DNA of 64,000 bases from Stylophora pistillata (lineage: Eukaryota): assembly GCF_002571385.2 (NCBI RefSeq), contig NW_019217847.1:284992-348991 (forward strand), read 5' to 3'. Shown in pieces: positions 38,679 to 51,900 of this stretch. The position numbers and the translations under genes are program-made. The notes below the pieces were generated by a model that did not search any database, had not been told where the DNA came from, and saw nothing but the letters and a program-made list of their open reading frames with translations. Numbering within the stretch: position 1 is the first letter of the stretch; each line of letters starts with the position of its first letter.

Positions 38679-39984
38679 AAGTCTCCCTTGCAGCCGTTTT
38701 TAGTCTCGTCACGCAACGCTTCTCCCCACAAACGGCTGCTCACATTCGAACAACATTCCTTTCCCTTTGTTGTTTTTGCACCAATGAGATCGCTGACATC
38801 GTTTCTTATGTGACCAATCAGAGCACAAGAGATTGTAATCACTATCGTTATTCCCGCGTTTTCAATTTCTGCTTTTCATCGTAGTTTCTTGCTGGAGGAA
38901 ACCCTGAAGAAGGTTTTGCAAAGTGATCGTTCTTTTATTTGTTCCACCTCAGTTGAGACAAAAGAAAAAATTTATGTTTTATCTATGTAGTAGTGACAAT
39001 CAAATAGGCTACACCATGGCACCCAATATCAATTTTATTGGTAATCTGAAGCACTCAGAAGTGTATACTGCGATGATAATGTCTTGTATTTAGACACAAT
39101 ATTTTTACAGGTGATCATGTGTAATATAACACAGACAGAATAAAATAACGATAACCAAAATAAGACCACAGTGTAATACTAATACTGACTAAACTATTTA
39201 CATTTTCTATTTACAATATTTACATTCTTATTGTCCTTTCCTTTATACTGCTTAATTTAAAACATACATGTAAAATAACATTTTGCTGCAGACTCGTTTT
39301 TATTGAAACACTTACCACTGCCTTACAACATGCGCTTCATCGACGGCAATGGCACAGAGTTTTTTGGCATGGAATACACAGAGTTCGTCAGCATAAATCT
39401 CCAGCGTTCGTTCCTTAACCACGCTTCAGGGGATCCGTAAACTAAGGAATATTCGCCGCTTTCGACACGAGTGCGTTTACCACCCTCAAGTGAACTTATG
39501 TTACCAGCTTTTAGCCCTAGCTCCCTCAAATGGGACACTTGGTCGTTCATAAGGCTTTCCCCAATGGTGAGAAAACGACGACGATATGACCAGGCTCTTG
39601 TGAGGTAAGATCAAACACGAGTGGTAGTGCTTCATACAGGAGAGATTTCCCGAAACCAGTAGGAAGATTGACAAATACATCCTTTCTTTCCTCAACTATT
39701 TTCCTAATTCCAGTTTTTTGCTGCGCATTTAAACTAGGAATTCGAAATGTATTACTAACAACATTAAACGCTTCTTCAAAGGACGCCATTTTCAAAGCTT
39801 TGAACTCGAAGATGAAACAAACAATATGATTGGTTAGACTACTTTGGCGCGTACAGTTCTCAACATATGTAACCCAAATAGTGATTGGTTGAAGTAGCGG
39901 AAAGGAATGTTGTTCGAATGTGAGCAGCCGTTTGTGGGGAGAAGCGTTGCGTGACGAGACTAAAAACGGCTGCGAGGGAGACTA
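38679..39984 (-). mobile_element. Internally deleted AcademH-like DNA transposon carrying a RecQ-like helicase fragment
   Basis: Near-perfect TIRs of about 85 bp (agtctcccttgcagccgtttttagtctcg... / ...cgagactaaaaacggctgcgagggagacta); 9-bp TSD gtcaatgtt/atcaatgtt. Frameshifted SF2 helicase remnant at 39790-39317 (LPTGFGKS, VVFSPL..MNDQV, YGSPE, AVDEAH). Confidence 0.8.
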
Positions 39985-40174
39985 ATCAATGTTCGACAGA
40001 AGCTGGATCCGAGATAAATTCCCAGAGTGCTTCGCAAGCCTATCATAAACATTGCGTTGCGTCATTATGCTTTGGAAAAAGTTTTTGATTAATACTGATT
40101 ACACAAGATTTAAAAAAGAGACACGCTTTCTTTCGTTTAGAGGGAAAACTTTTAGGTTCTGGTGGTATGGAAAC

Positions 40175-41176
40175 ATGTTTGAAGTATCAAAGCGCTTAGA
40201 ACAAGCCAACCAAGCGGCAAATCCACACGAACATTTGGAAGAGGAGCACGTGAGAGCTGGTCGCAACGCCGAACTTTCATTTGTGTCTGCTCTGCGTTTG
40301 AAGAGCGGGCTTGACAAATCAAATTTGTTTTGCTGTTTAAGGATTCCAGATAGATATCAAGCACGGAAACGAGAAATCGATGTAGTGGTTCTCACTACAG
40401 ATGGAATATTTTGCATCGAGGTGAAATATTGGTCGGGCACTATAACGAGAAGTGAAGACGGCTCAAAATGGATCCAAACGAGAACGAAGCAGATCGCGAC
40501 GAACTCCTTTGCTACCAACCACATTGAACACAACAATAGTGCTATCGAGACTGAACACAAGGCTCGTCTTCTGCGAGATTATTTAAGTAGAAAAGAGGTC
40601 TATGTTGCAGAGAATCTGTTACACAGTCGAGTCGTTTTCTGTAACGCAAACGCTGAGCTAGATGAACACATAGCAAACGATAGCGCTGTAATTAAACCGA
40701 GTGATGATCATGACAAATTCGTTAAAAGCTTTAGTCGAAGCTTCTTGCAAAGTTTGTCAGAATCAGTTGTTCCGTCCTGGATTTCAGGAAAACTGTCCTA
40801 TTCACAAATAAATCAGATCAGAAATGTTCTTTCCACGACAGGAACTTGGGATGTAATTCATTTGAACGGAGGAAGACAGCTGTGCGGGGATTTAAAAGAA
40901 TGTACGGGAGTTTCTCTCGATCGGAGGAAGTGTGAAGCGCTGGTGTTTTCGCATCAGAGAAGTCGCGTGTTGGGCATGGCATGGGCTTTGTTTGGCTACA
41001 GTCCACAAGTCTATATATCCTTGATAGAGCGGGGTGGAAGCGGATTATTATGGAACTCCTATTGTGCCACCTTGAAAATACCGCACAACGCTGATGTTGT
41101 TTTCCGATTTTGTGGAGATGAAGCAGATTCAAACATCCCAGCCAACGAGATTGAAAGAATATCTCTCAGCATCTGA
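40175..41176 (+). CDS. NERD-domain (PD-(D/E)xK nuclease-related) protein, 333 aa, intronless
   Basis: Uninterrupted 1002-nt ORF from ATG 40175 with GRNAE...LRIP...REIDVVVLTTDGIFCIEVKYWSG...W, the NERD signature. Unassigned C-terminal region starting near TWDVIHLNGG. Confidence 0.82.
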   Translation: MFEVSKRLEQANQAANPHEHLEEEHVRAGRNAELSFVSALRLKSGLDKSNLFCCLRIPDRYQARKREIDVVVLTTDGIFCIEVKYWSGTITRSEDGSKWIQTRTKQIATNSFATNHIEHNNSAIETEHKARLLRDYLSRKEVYVAENLLHSRVVFCNANAELDEHIANDSAVIKPSDDHDKFVKSFSRSFLQSLSESVVPSWISGKLSYSQINQIRNVLSTTGTWDVIHLNGGRQLCGDLKECTGVSLDRRKCEALVFSHQRSRVLGMAWALFGYSPQVYISLIERGGSGLLWNSYCATLKIPHNADVVFRFCGDEADSNIPANEIERISLSI

Positions 41177-41721
41177 CAGAAACGTTGAGAATATTTGCAG
41201 GAAATTTGGAATTAACTTCACAATGTCATTAGCGGGAAGCAAAATTAACGTGATTGCGCCTATGCGGTGTCATTATTAGCCTTCCTACTCATTGACACTT
41301 TTAGTAATTAAAAGAGTCCTTCCACAGCACAAAATAATCTAAGTGTGATTATCGACTTTCAAAGTATAAATCTGGTACTGTTGATAATCTGCACTTCCTT
41401 CTGAAGCAACAGGTGTCATCAGTGGCAATTTTGTGTGTGTGTGCGTGTGGAGATGTTTCTGAAAAATTAAGTCACCAGATGTAATAAGGGGTGCTTTCCA
41501 TTTGACCAAAATTTTCGAGATTTTGGGTCTGAAATTGAATGGAATGGGACAAGTTCTGCGATAAGTTTTCGAGAATTTAGGAACACGTTGTGAGTGTGCC
41601 CTCTTGAATGCGGTTGGACGCGTTCTATTCGAGGAGCTAAAGTTCCGATATTTGGCTGATCCCCGGTGTAAAAGCCACACCTGACGTCATGAGTCGCGCA
41701 CTATCAAACTTTAAATAAATA

Positions 41722-43900
41722 CTAGACGCATATCTGCGTGAACTCGGGCTTTCAATATCGCATATTTGGAGTTATCTTTAGGGGACTGCCATATTTCCAT
41801 CGTTACTGTCGTCACGAAATTTCATCATTGCCGGTCACGAATAAGTCTACTTGTGTTTATTTTTGTCTGCTGGAGTGTAATGAATGTTGTTATGGTACTA
41901 GACAACAATCAAAATAATATATTACCATATAGGAGTAAGTTCCTGTAGATGCCAAAGGTTGAAATTCAAGGACTTTTCAATGACTTTAAAGGCCAAGTTT
42001 TAGAAAATTGAAGGACCACTTTTGGAAAGGTTTGCATAAGCAATTTTAAAATCATTTAATATTATCTCTCAGGTTTTCCATGAAAGTACTGTAAGTTTCA
42101 ACTTGAAAACTGCTAAAGAAAAAGTATTGCAACAATCAAGCCTTAGTCCTCAAATTTAAGTACTTTCTAGGCCTTGAGTTTTTAATTTTTAAATTCAAGC
42201 ATCTTCAAGGACTTTCAAAGCTTTTACAAACCCTGAGTAGGTAATGTACTTGTCTTTAACTGCAAGGAGAAGGGAATTTTTTTATCTTTTATTGGTACCA
42301 AGTCAAAGTTTGTTGCCAAACGTTCACCCAAGGAGTTGTCAGGAATCAGTAGATTGAGGCAATATTACTGTTCAATAGCTCACATTGTTTTTAATAGAAA
42401 AATCTCTTAAATATTTAATACTGCTGATGGCCACAACAAGAGAAGCGGTGCTATTTACAGTTTTAGTGTGTTCAATTAAAGACATTCGACTTTCATTACC
42501 TACCAAGAGGGAATACACATATTTTGACCTTTTTGTGGGTTTCAAAGTAAATGTCATACAAAAATCTGAAAACCACATCAAAAACCCTGTGCATTCAACT
42601 ATTATTTCTTACAAGATTTTTGAGAATTGATTTTCTGTCAACTGAATCAGACAATATTCCTTCACTATAATCCCTTTCAAGATCTAAACTTCAGTTCGAC
42701 AAACATCAGTTTTTGGCAAATCATCTGACAGTAAATACTTGTTCGAAGATGAATTTCCATAATCTTTTGCCATACTGTATAACATTAGATAAGGTGTTTG
42801 AATTCCAATAACTACATGATTTTATTACGGAGTAGCAGAGCGAATAGACAGCCACAGCACAATTCACACTGAACTTTCTGGTTTCACAGGCATGACTGAA
42901 AATGGGCACTATGTTGAACTTTATCAATTTTAACCCCTTTCAACTCAAATATATCGTTGGGCATACTCTGAAAATAATGTACTACGCTATTTAAACAGTA
43001 TTTTGTTGGATATACCTAAAGCTAATACTGTTACGTTCCAGAATAGTTTCTACTCTAGCGCCTCAAGAACATTTAATACACATTCAGAATACACAAAGAT
43101 ATACATTAAACATTATATACATTTTGGTGGGTTTAGCGTCGAGTCGACGCAAAACCCACCAAATCGCTGAAATTCGCCACTTGGAGTCACAGAAACGACA
43201 ATACACAGCTAGTGAGGTAGGTTTACATTTATTTTGAGCTTTAACTCAGACATTTCATGATATAAGTTTACTAAAATAAGACTCTTCAATAATCTCCCAT
43301 ACATTCCTTTATATTTCGAATGAACAACCAGACTCGTCGCTTGTCTGGGCCCCTTGTGGAGGAATTCGGTAGGCTTGGACGAATACGCTCATAAACAAAT
43401 TCCTTCTCCCCTTTCTTATGAGACGTTTAAGAGCAGCTTCTTGTATTCTACTAGGTTCTCTATCACGTCTAAATACACGGTTGTGTTTACATGTAAACAT
43501 GATATGAGATAGCTCGTTTGATATAGCAGGTTTCGCTTGATATTTCTCGATAGAAGGTTCACTCGTAAATTGATCTCTCCTAAAGTTCGCAGACCGACCC
43601 GTTCCCAAAACGCTCCACAATTTTTAGTGTGGGTCTACTGATAACAATGTGTGACTTTCTATGTATACTGAGCGTAATTGCCATCGAATTTCTTTCGCGA
43701 ACATCAGTCCACGAAGGCAGCCATTGCTTTACTATGCGCTCTAGAGGGTTAGCACTTATTTCCATATTTCAGAATGACGTGACGTCATTCCCAATCTTCG
43801 TAACCTTCGGAAGCGTTCGTCGAACACTTCGGGTTCATTCAAAACATGGCAGTAAACCAGGGCAAAATACATTACCTTTTCTCAAAAATATAGGCGCTTG
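41722..43900 (-). mobile_element. Possible non-autonomous Helitron-like element (extent uncertain)
   Basis: Minus strand ends acgca-gata-tgcgt hairpin then CTAG|T at 41722. Decayed coding remnants at 42340-43000 (CAVAVYSLCYSVIKSCSYWNSNTLSNVIQYG); palindrome at 43123-43163. 5' end not located. Confidence 0.35.
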
Positions 43901-44689
43901 CCATTGCAAGTATAATGTGTCTCATTCTTTCGCCGAGCGAGACAACTTTTACGACCTCCATAACATATAATGGCTCAGGTTTTCATCTTCAAGCACAGGC
44001 GGCCCAAGCTCTCCTTGAGAACCACACAAGGAACACAATTTGCACATTTATAAGGATTAGTATGGGATTTTCTAAAAGATATCCACAGAGATAGTTAAAA
44101 GTGAAAATATTAAATAAAAATGGCTTACCTTCTTCCATACGTGTGTTGTTTGCTCCTGGTGTCGTTATTTTACCGATTTCACTTGATTTAAGCAGTTTGT
44201 GACAGAAACATTTACCATGCAATAACAGAAACTTTTAGTGACTGGTATTCTGCATTTTAGTTATGACAATGGATTGACCAGCTTGTGTTGGTATAGAAGG
44301 AGATCGCCTTTCAAACAACCCACTTGCATTTAAAATGAGGATCCTGGTACAAATTCCTCTTGATGAAAAATTATTCTCTGAAGCTTTGCATATTGTTACA
44401 AATTTACAAATCCTGATTAGACGCTGAATGCATTAGGACAAAACTTTATCAACAAAGATGAAACTTGCCAGTCTTTCATTATCATCTTAAAGACAATTAG
44501 TCTGTAATTAAAAGGTTGAATTAGTCCCTAAATTGTGTTAAGTATCATAGCAGAGAATTACTTCTACACATCTAAGACTTGAAGAAAAAGTATTGGGGCT
44601 GACGATTTATAAAGTCTACCATATGCTGCAATTTTTAATGGCCCATGGACCTTGAGAATTCTTTGTATGACAGATAGATTGATAGACTT

Positions 44690-45460
44690 TTAATACCTTA
44701 ATAGCAGCTGGAAACTGAATTGCAAAGGTGTACAAATTATGTAAGAGAACTATAAAATAAAATCAAACCTAAAAGGGAACTAATTTACATATACAATTGT
44801 AATAAATGTTAGTTAAAATGTCTTGCGCTTGCTGGAATGAAAGTATCTCTGAACCAATTTGTTTTAAAGGAAACTCTAAATGGTCTGCGTCGTCGTAACT
44901 CCATAAGTTGATCTCGGTTATTGAAAGGCAGTAAGTGGTATAAACAATCCAAGGGATTGGAGACGGTGTTGTTAAAGAATTTTAAGCAAAGGTCTTCTCT
45001 CCGATCCCTTAGGGTTTTCAGCTCTCCCATCTGAAGTACTTCTCTATAATAATTACCATAACCGTATATAATTTTCAAGGCTCTCTTTTGGACATGCTCT
45101 AAACTTAAGCTCAAATAATTGGGGAGACTGTAATGGTAGACCTGACATCCATAAAGTAAGACAGATTGAATACAAGCAACATAAAAATTTGCTAATTCTG
45201 GTGATGGTACCTTAGCTCACTTTAACTGAGTTAAAAAGTAAAGGCGCTTAACGGCCTTTTTAATCGCCTCAGTAACGCGAGTGTTCCACTTGAGGTTGTC
45301 TTGAAAATACACACTCAGTAATTTCACGACACTAACGGCACTAACCTTAGAGCCATTAATTTCTATGAGATTGTAGGAAGGAGGGGAGCACACAAAGGAA
45401 ACTCTTAGCTCATTACAATTTTTTGGATGGAGTTGAAACAAGTTGAGTGTTGAGGAATAA
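44690..45460 (-). mobile_element. Decayed LINE (L2/CR1 group) 3' fragment
   Basis: VKLLSVYFQDNLKWN...KKAVKRLYFLTQLK; LEHVQKRALKII; LKTLRDRREDLCLKFF; FKTNWFRDTFIP. Confidence 0.8.
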
Positions 45461-45922
45461 AAGCGAAAAAAAAAATTATCTCCAAAGTCAGCTACTAATT
45501 TAATGTTGCCCACAAAAATCAACATTTGGATAAAGTGATTTGGCAGAGTTTGATATGTTTTGGAATGCACTTTCACTGGACAGAAGCAAAGTTTAGTAGT
45601 AATGAGCCACCTTTTGACGAACAGTTTGAGAAAATGAAGAACATTTCCAGTGGATTTAGAAATTGTCCTTAGGTGGCAATATGACAGCAATTAGCTTTGA
45701 TGAAAAGATGGTAGTTGTTTTCCACGCCAGTTATAGATGCTGAGTTTTCCTTATGATCCATGTGTAGTCGCTCCATTAAATGGAGGTCGCGTATGCAGAC
45801 ATTTTCCAGAGATATGAAGAACACATCAAAGCTAACTGACAGGAACTAGTAGCTAAAATAGAAAGTGAACTAAAGATCTATAAAACTTTCCAACAGATAT
45901 GTTAGTTCTTTCTAAATATGGA

Positions 45923-48900
45923 TCAGAAGTGTTGTCCTGTCCTCAACTGACGAAGCATTCTCCAAATCCATAAAAAGAAGTCTCTTGCAGGATGAAAGTG
46001 AACTTCACCATCAGCCAAGCCCACTTTAAAGCTATGCCAGGCAGCGTATGGTGCCAAGAATAGCATCCAGTAAAATGCTAAGTCACAAATGAATGATGGA
46101 AGAAAACTCCACAGAGCGAGATGAAACAATCCATTAACAGAAGCTGTAGTTAAGATTCCAATTAACAATCCTGGTAGTCGCCTGTGAAAATGAAAATAAA
46201 TTCAGCCATTCCTGGTGACATAATTAGTAAGTAAATCTTAAAAGTCCATGGTTGAGAGCAACATGATTAGATATTCTATAAATACCAGTGCCATCTCACT
46301 TTAGAAATCAACCAAAAGTAATCTCAAATCTTACCCCCACTGACTTTAAAGGTCATTAGTAGCCATTAAGCTTATTTCCTAGTTTTATCCCATCTTTTTA
46401 ATACCTAGCAAAGCTTTATGCAATAGAAGTAGATCACTATGCAAGGATCTTCCCTATGTAAACAATGGTACAGCAACTCTGAGGTCCCCCCCCCCCCTTA
46501 AAAGCCATAATCTAATAACTTTGGCTGGGATAAGTTTAGTACCTCTCATTCCCTGCACGAACTAAATGGCAAAACTTACCTCCATCCCCCCATCATGAAC
46601 AGCCATCTCAGCTTTGAAAACTCAACAAGGCTCATAAGAATACAGTAGATGAGGACAACAGCTCCAACAAAGTAATTAAGATAGATCCACCTCAAAGTGA
46701 ATTTTCCAATAAGGTAATAGGGAACCAAAACAAGACGCAAAAAAAATTGGAAATACTCTTTAGAAGGAATGGCTGTCACCTGAAAACACAGAATGTTTCA
46801 GTTAGTTCACAAAAAGAGAACTGTTTCAAAAAGTAAGGAAACAGTAATGACAAAAAATGAAAGAATCCACTTCCTAAATCATCTTCTTTTTCATGAGCAG
46901 CTAATGACACATTATAAAACTATTTAAAGTGCACTTAAAAAATCTTTTTGCTTTGGTGAGTATTTCTTTGAAAAAATTGTTGGATTTGGTTAAACCCTCG
47001 TTTTTTTATGCCCTGTTGAAGTCGAGATCCGAATGGACCACGACCGCGTAAATGGGGATCTGGGCAGAGTAGACTTATGACGTCACTTCGAGAAGACGCT
47101 CAAAGAATTCTCAGCCAGTCATCGACCTGTGAAAGCCTTTCTAGCACTAGAATCCTTCTGCAGCATATTTGCGACCAATATCGATCTAACCTTCCAAACA
47201 TAACCAGTGAACTGTGCAAAATGGAATGAAATACAGATTGTTGGGTTCTTGAAGTGACATCACATTAGTCGCCAGAATCTTGATCCTTGAAACATGGTTG
47301 CAAGTCAAAATGGCGGTGATTTTAATGCAATTTTCCGTACGTAAACGGGGCACAAATATTCAAGGATTTGACCAAATCCAAAAATTTTTTTCAAGAGATG
47401 GATACTCAGCAAAGCATGAAGATTTTTTTAAACAAAAAAAAATTTAGGGGTTAGGTGCACTTTAGGGGCATATTATGGAAAGCTAATTGTAGCAATATTC
47501 AAAACTAAAATTCAATTTCAATTCAAAGACATTCAATTTCAATTCAATGAAATTTAATTTCAATTCAATGAGACTTCAAGTTCAATTCAATGAAGTTCAA
47601 GTTCAATTCAATGAAAATTCAAGTTCAATTCAGTGAAAAAAAGTACATTCAAAATTGCTTCCTCTTAGTGACCGGAAATGATAACTAGCATACGGAAACT
47701 TTCAGGCTTNTTGTTTTTGTGCGGTAAGTTTTAACTAGCATCATGGCGGAAGTAGAGCCAGAATTTGACATGAAAAAAGACTTACCTCAATTTTTATCAT
47801 CAGTGCTCAAAAGAACAGAGCAGTGTATACATAAAAATGAAATGGATATCAATGACTTGCAAGCACAATCTGTAGTTCTCGATCGAACCGTTGGTCTTTT
47901 GAGTTCTATTGCCTTAACTGACATTGAGCAAGATCGGATCGTGAGTGGGAATCTCTAGGTACTGCTTTTGCAGAAGTACTACGGGCTATTGAAAATCATC
48001 TCAAAACTCTAGCAGTACAACCTTCATCAATTTCTCGACGTAAATGTAAAATTCTCAGAACAGGAAACCCTGGGAGACCACAGTTCTATATATCTCCTGA
48101 CACATTGGAAGATCTTCTCGGACTTGGATTTTCATTGTAAAAAAATTCTTGGTGGTTTGGTGTGTCTCATTGGATAATTTATGGTAGCGCACATCATATC
48201 TATTAAGTTGTAAATACAATGATATCTAGCTCATTGCTTTGGTTAGTGTTTACAAGTGAAACAAAAGATGAAACGTCACTTTCGAATGTTTTTACCCTAT
48301 AGCACATAGTTGAGGGGGTGGGCTAGCGGTGCAACATTTAAAAGGGTTATGTTTTGCTGGGCTCGGCCAATATCTTGGGTATCATGTCAACAATGGACTT
48401 TAAAGACTGGGCCTAAATTCTTGTATTTCCAGCTGAGATTGTATAAGATGTTTAAATTTATATTTGAAATGTATGTTAGAACATGTTGAGTTGCAAAAAT
48501 TGCTTTCTCTGGACCACTTGCACTATAGAAAGGACATGTTTAGTGGTGCCTTATAATTGTCCTGCACAAGGATTTGTCACTAATAATAGTTCAACAGTTG
48601 ATTTAAATGGGATTTTAAGAATTATGATGTTTTACAGTCCGCTAAAAGTATTTTCAGGTACCAATGTTCATGGTGCCAATGCTCATACAGTCATTGCACT
48701 CATAACAATTCATGGGAAAGAATGAATTCCTCAGTAAAAAAAATTAATTACAAAGTTGTGGCATGGTTTCTAGAAAATGGGGGACAACATAAGTTGTGTT
48801 TCATTTGTGAATTAGCTATCTATGTCTGTTAGTAGACTCAAAAAGAAAATCCTCAACAAAAATACTTTTTAATTTGTTGTTAGACACAAGAACTTTCACC

Positions 48901-51900
48901 TCTTGATTGTAGCATTCTATCTGTTCAAATGTGAGGATCATACCTATGCTATCAAATATAGACAGCTGCTTAAGTACGAGTTTCTGTTTTAAGGTACCTG
49001 ACATAAAGTTAAAGTTAAAGTTAGTCATTTTTGATTCTGGTGGAATACTGATTTTCTTTGGCAATTAGGTAGCCATATCACACCCTGTTGCCTGTTCTTT
49101 TTGCATTTGATTAATAATGACACTCAATTGTTAACTTTACTACCTACACATCTTACATAGCAATTGAACCTGGACACATGATTTACCAAAAAGGTATAGT
49201 GTTCTTAACTGTTTTCAACACTCTCTTTTATTATCTGGTGAATGTTAGTGTAGATATCTCTGCCCATTTGCATGAATGACATGAGTGGATCGATCCACTT
49301 GAGAACCCTGGCTTGAACTGACTGATGTTCAACTGGTAATGTCATGGGAGGAACACCAACATTATTGTTGCTATCTTCAAATGGAGATGGCCCAGCTGGG
49401 TCAACACCACAGAACTCCAGATCATCAGGATCCACCTCCAATTGCCCATGTACCAAGGGGTTGTCTTCATTTAACATGCCATTGACCCACATCTGATATG
49501 GGGACCAATGGTTTGCTGTCCTTCCCTTGTGAAGATTGAAGGCCTCCCTATATTCGTGAACCCCAAGATTTACTCTTGGGAGTAATGTCAAATGTAGGGC
49601 AAATATATCCGTTGCATTATCAATGCTAAGCTGGCCTGATATCCTCCATTGCATAAAACACGTAATAGAAAAGATGACACACACATCTGAAGACGTCCCT
49701 CCAGAGTCTTTTAATTCTCTGATTTCTCGTGGAGGGACTGGCAATGAAACTCCCTCTACCTTCCCCTCTTGCTTCCACCTTGGCATCATAAACTATTACA
49801 TTTTTCACACCATAATCCACACGAATACGTGATGGCCACAACCCGTCTTTTTCAATTGCTTTCGGAAAGAGTTCCAGAACAGTTTGTGAAAGATTGTTAT
49901 TACTACATCTGAGAAACACAACTCTTCTAGGGAAACTGTGCATCCGTAGATTACAAAACCCCAGCGAATGAGAGAATGATGACCATCTAAATGCCGCAGA
50001 GAATTTGGCCATGGGACGAAGTATTGCCTACGAGAAACAACAATTCCCCACCTCAAGGCAGTATTCGCTGGATCGACCCTTGCTAAAAACTCACAAATTC
50101 TTCTTATTTGAATCCTCAGTCCAAGTGACTTAAGCCGGCTTGGTATGTTCATCCAGTTGTTAATCGGTGACGACCTGTTTTATCACTCCCAGGATATCCC
50201 ATTCTGAGAATTTTACATTTACGTCGAGAAATTGATGAAGGTTGTACTGCTAGAGTTTTGAGATAATTTTCAATAGCCCGTAGTACTTCTGCAAAAGCAG
50301 TACCTAGAGATTCCCACTCACAATCCGATCTTGCTCAATGTTAGTTAAGGCAATAGAACTCAAAAGACCAACGGTTCGATCGAGAACTACAGATTGTGCT
50401 TGCAAGTCATTGATATCTGTTTCATTTTTATGTATACAATGCTCTGTTCTTTTGAGCACTGAGGATAAAAATTGAGGTAAGTCTTTTTTCACATCAAATT
50501 CTGGCTCTAAGTCCGCCATGATGCTAGTTAAAACTTACCGCACAAAAAAAAAAAAGCCTGAAAGTTTCCGTATGCTAGTTATCATTTCCGGTCACTAAGC
50601 GGAAGCAATTTTGAATGTACTTTTTTTCATTGAATTGAACTTGAATTTTCATTGAATTGAACTTGAACTTCATTGAATTGAACTTGAAGTGTCATTGAAT
50701 TGAAATTGAAGTTTCATTGAATTGAAATTGAATTTCATTGAATTGAAATTGAATTGTAATTGAATTTCATTGAATTGAAATTGAATTCCATTGAATTGAA
50801 ATTGAATTTCATTGAATTTTAGTATTGAATATTGCTACAATTGGCTTGCCATAGCAGATCCCACTTACAGTTTACTGATCAACTAATTAGGTGCATGCTT
50901 AAGGTGGCTCCATAGAGTTTTAGCCTGATTATGATGTGCACCCCAGTGTTATGTTTTCATGGACAATTTTCTTTTTTCTGCTTTTAAGATCACTAAAAGG
51001 TACCAAGATGTAGCTCACAAAGGTCCACCTGTTTTTACTGTAGTTAACATAACACAACCGTTTTTATTCTTGAACTAAACCCCCATAAAGAAAGGTGCTT
51101 GATAGTGGTTAGTTGGCTTTGATTTGATTTTCTCCAGTTTGCTAAAGTGAATTCTTTCACAGTTTTCACCACATCTGAAATTTGTACTGATGATCATTTT
51201 AAATTAAGAAAAACAAATAGGGGTTACAAAGGACAATGCTCGCAAAATTTGTGCTCTGCCTCTTCTTTAGAATTGGTCCTGTAAATTTTTTTTTAATAAA
51301 TTGGCAATAAGGGCACAAATATGTTAAACATTCCAAAAGGAAAGACATTGAATCTCACTCAAAAGATCTCCCTTTTTACTCCCAAAACATTTCATTATAG
51401 AGTACAATTCTCAAAATTATAACTGTGTGTACTTCCAGTTTATACTACAGTCTGCCCTCCTGTTTCATTCTTTCTATATTTAAGCCACACAGCAAACTAG
51501 ATTTCTTTTTTTTTTTTTATTTTCCTCTCTTGTGCCCGCCTCAAATAACCCTAGCTACTTGCGGGCCCAAGCATTGTAATTTTTCATCTTAAGCTTAAAT
51601 AAAATTTTGTTGTTGTCGTTATTGTTGTTGCTTTGCCTAGATTGATACCTGCCACCTAAACTTGTTAAATCTATTGCCATTTTGCTATTTTTCCCCAGTA
51701 TTTTCCTTTCTTTCAACTTCTTTGAAGCATAGACGGCCGATGGATATTATGCCTATATTACTTTGTACTTGTAGAGTATTGCAGTAAAAAAGAAATGTGG
51801 TGTAAAATGCAGAGGGGTTATTGACAGCTTTTGACTAAGCCAAAATTGTGACCTAAGGAGGACTTGGTTAGAATAGGGTTTTGTACACTGGTCAATTGAC

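Noticed and set aside
39317-39795. Host RecQ helicase gene, or a NERD-plus-helicase defence module
   Set aside because: The helicase is frameshifted, truncated and enclosed by TIRs with a TSD. Its adjacency to NERD is best explained by insertion, although bacterial NERD-helicase fusions make the pairing tempting.
47505-47640. CRISPR-like repeat array (also 50625-50820)
   Set aside because: Head-to-tail units of about 21 bp without unique spacers, mirrored in both TIRs of a eukaryotic transposon; no cas genes.
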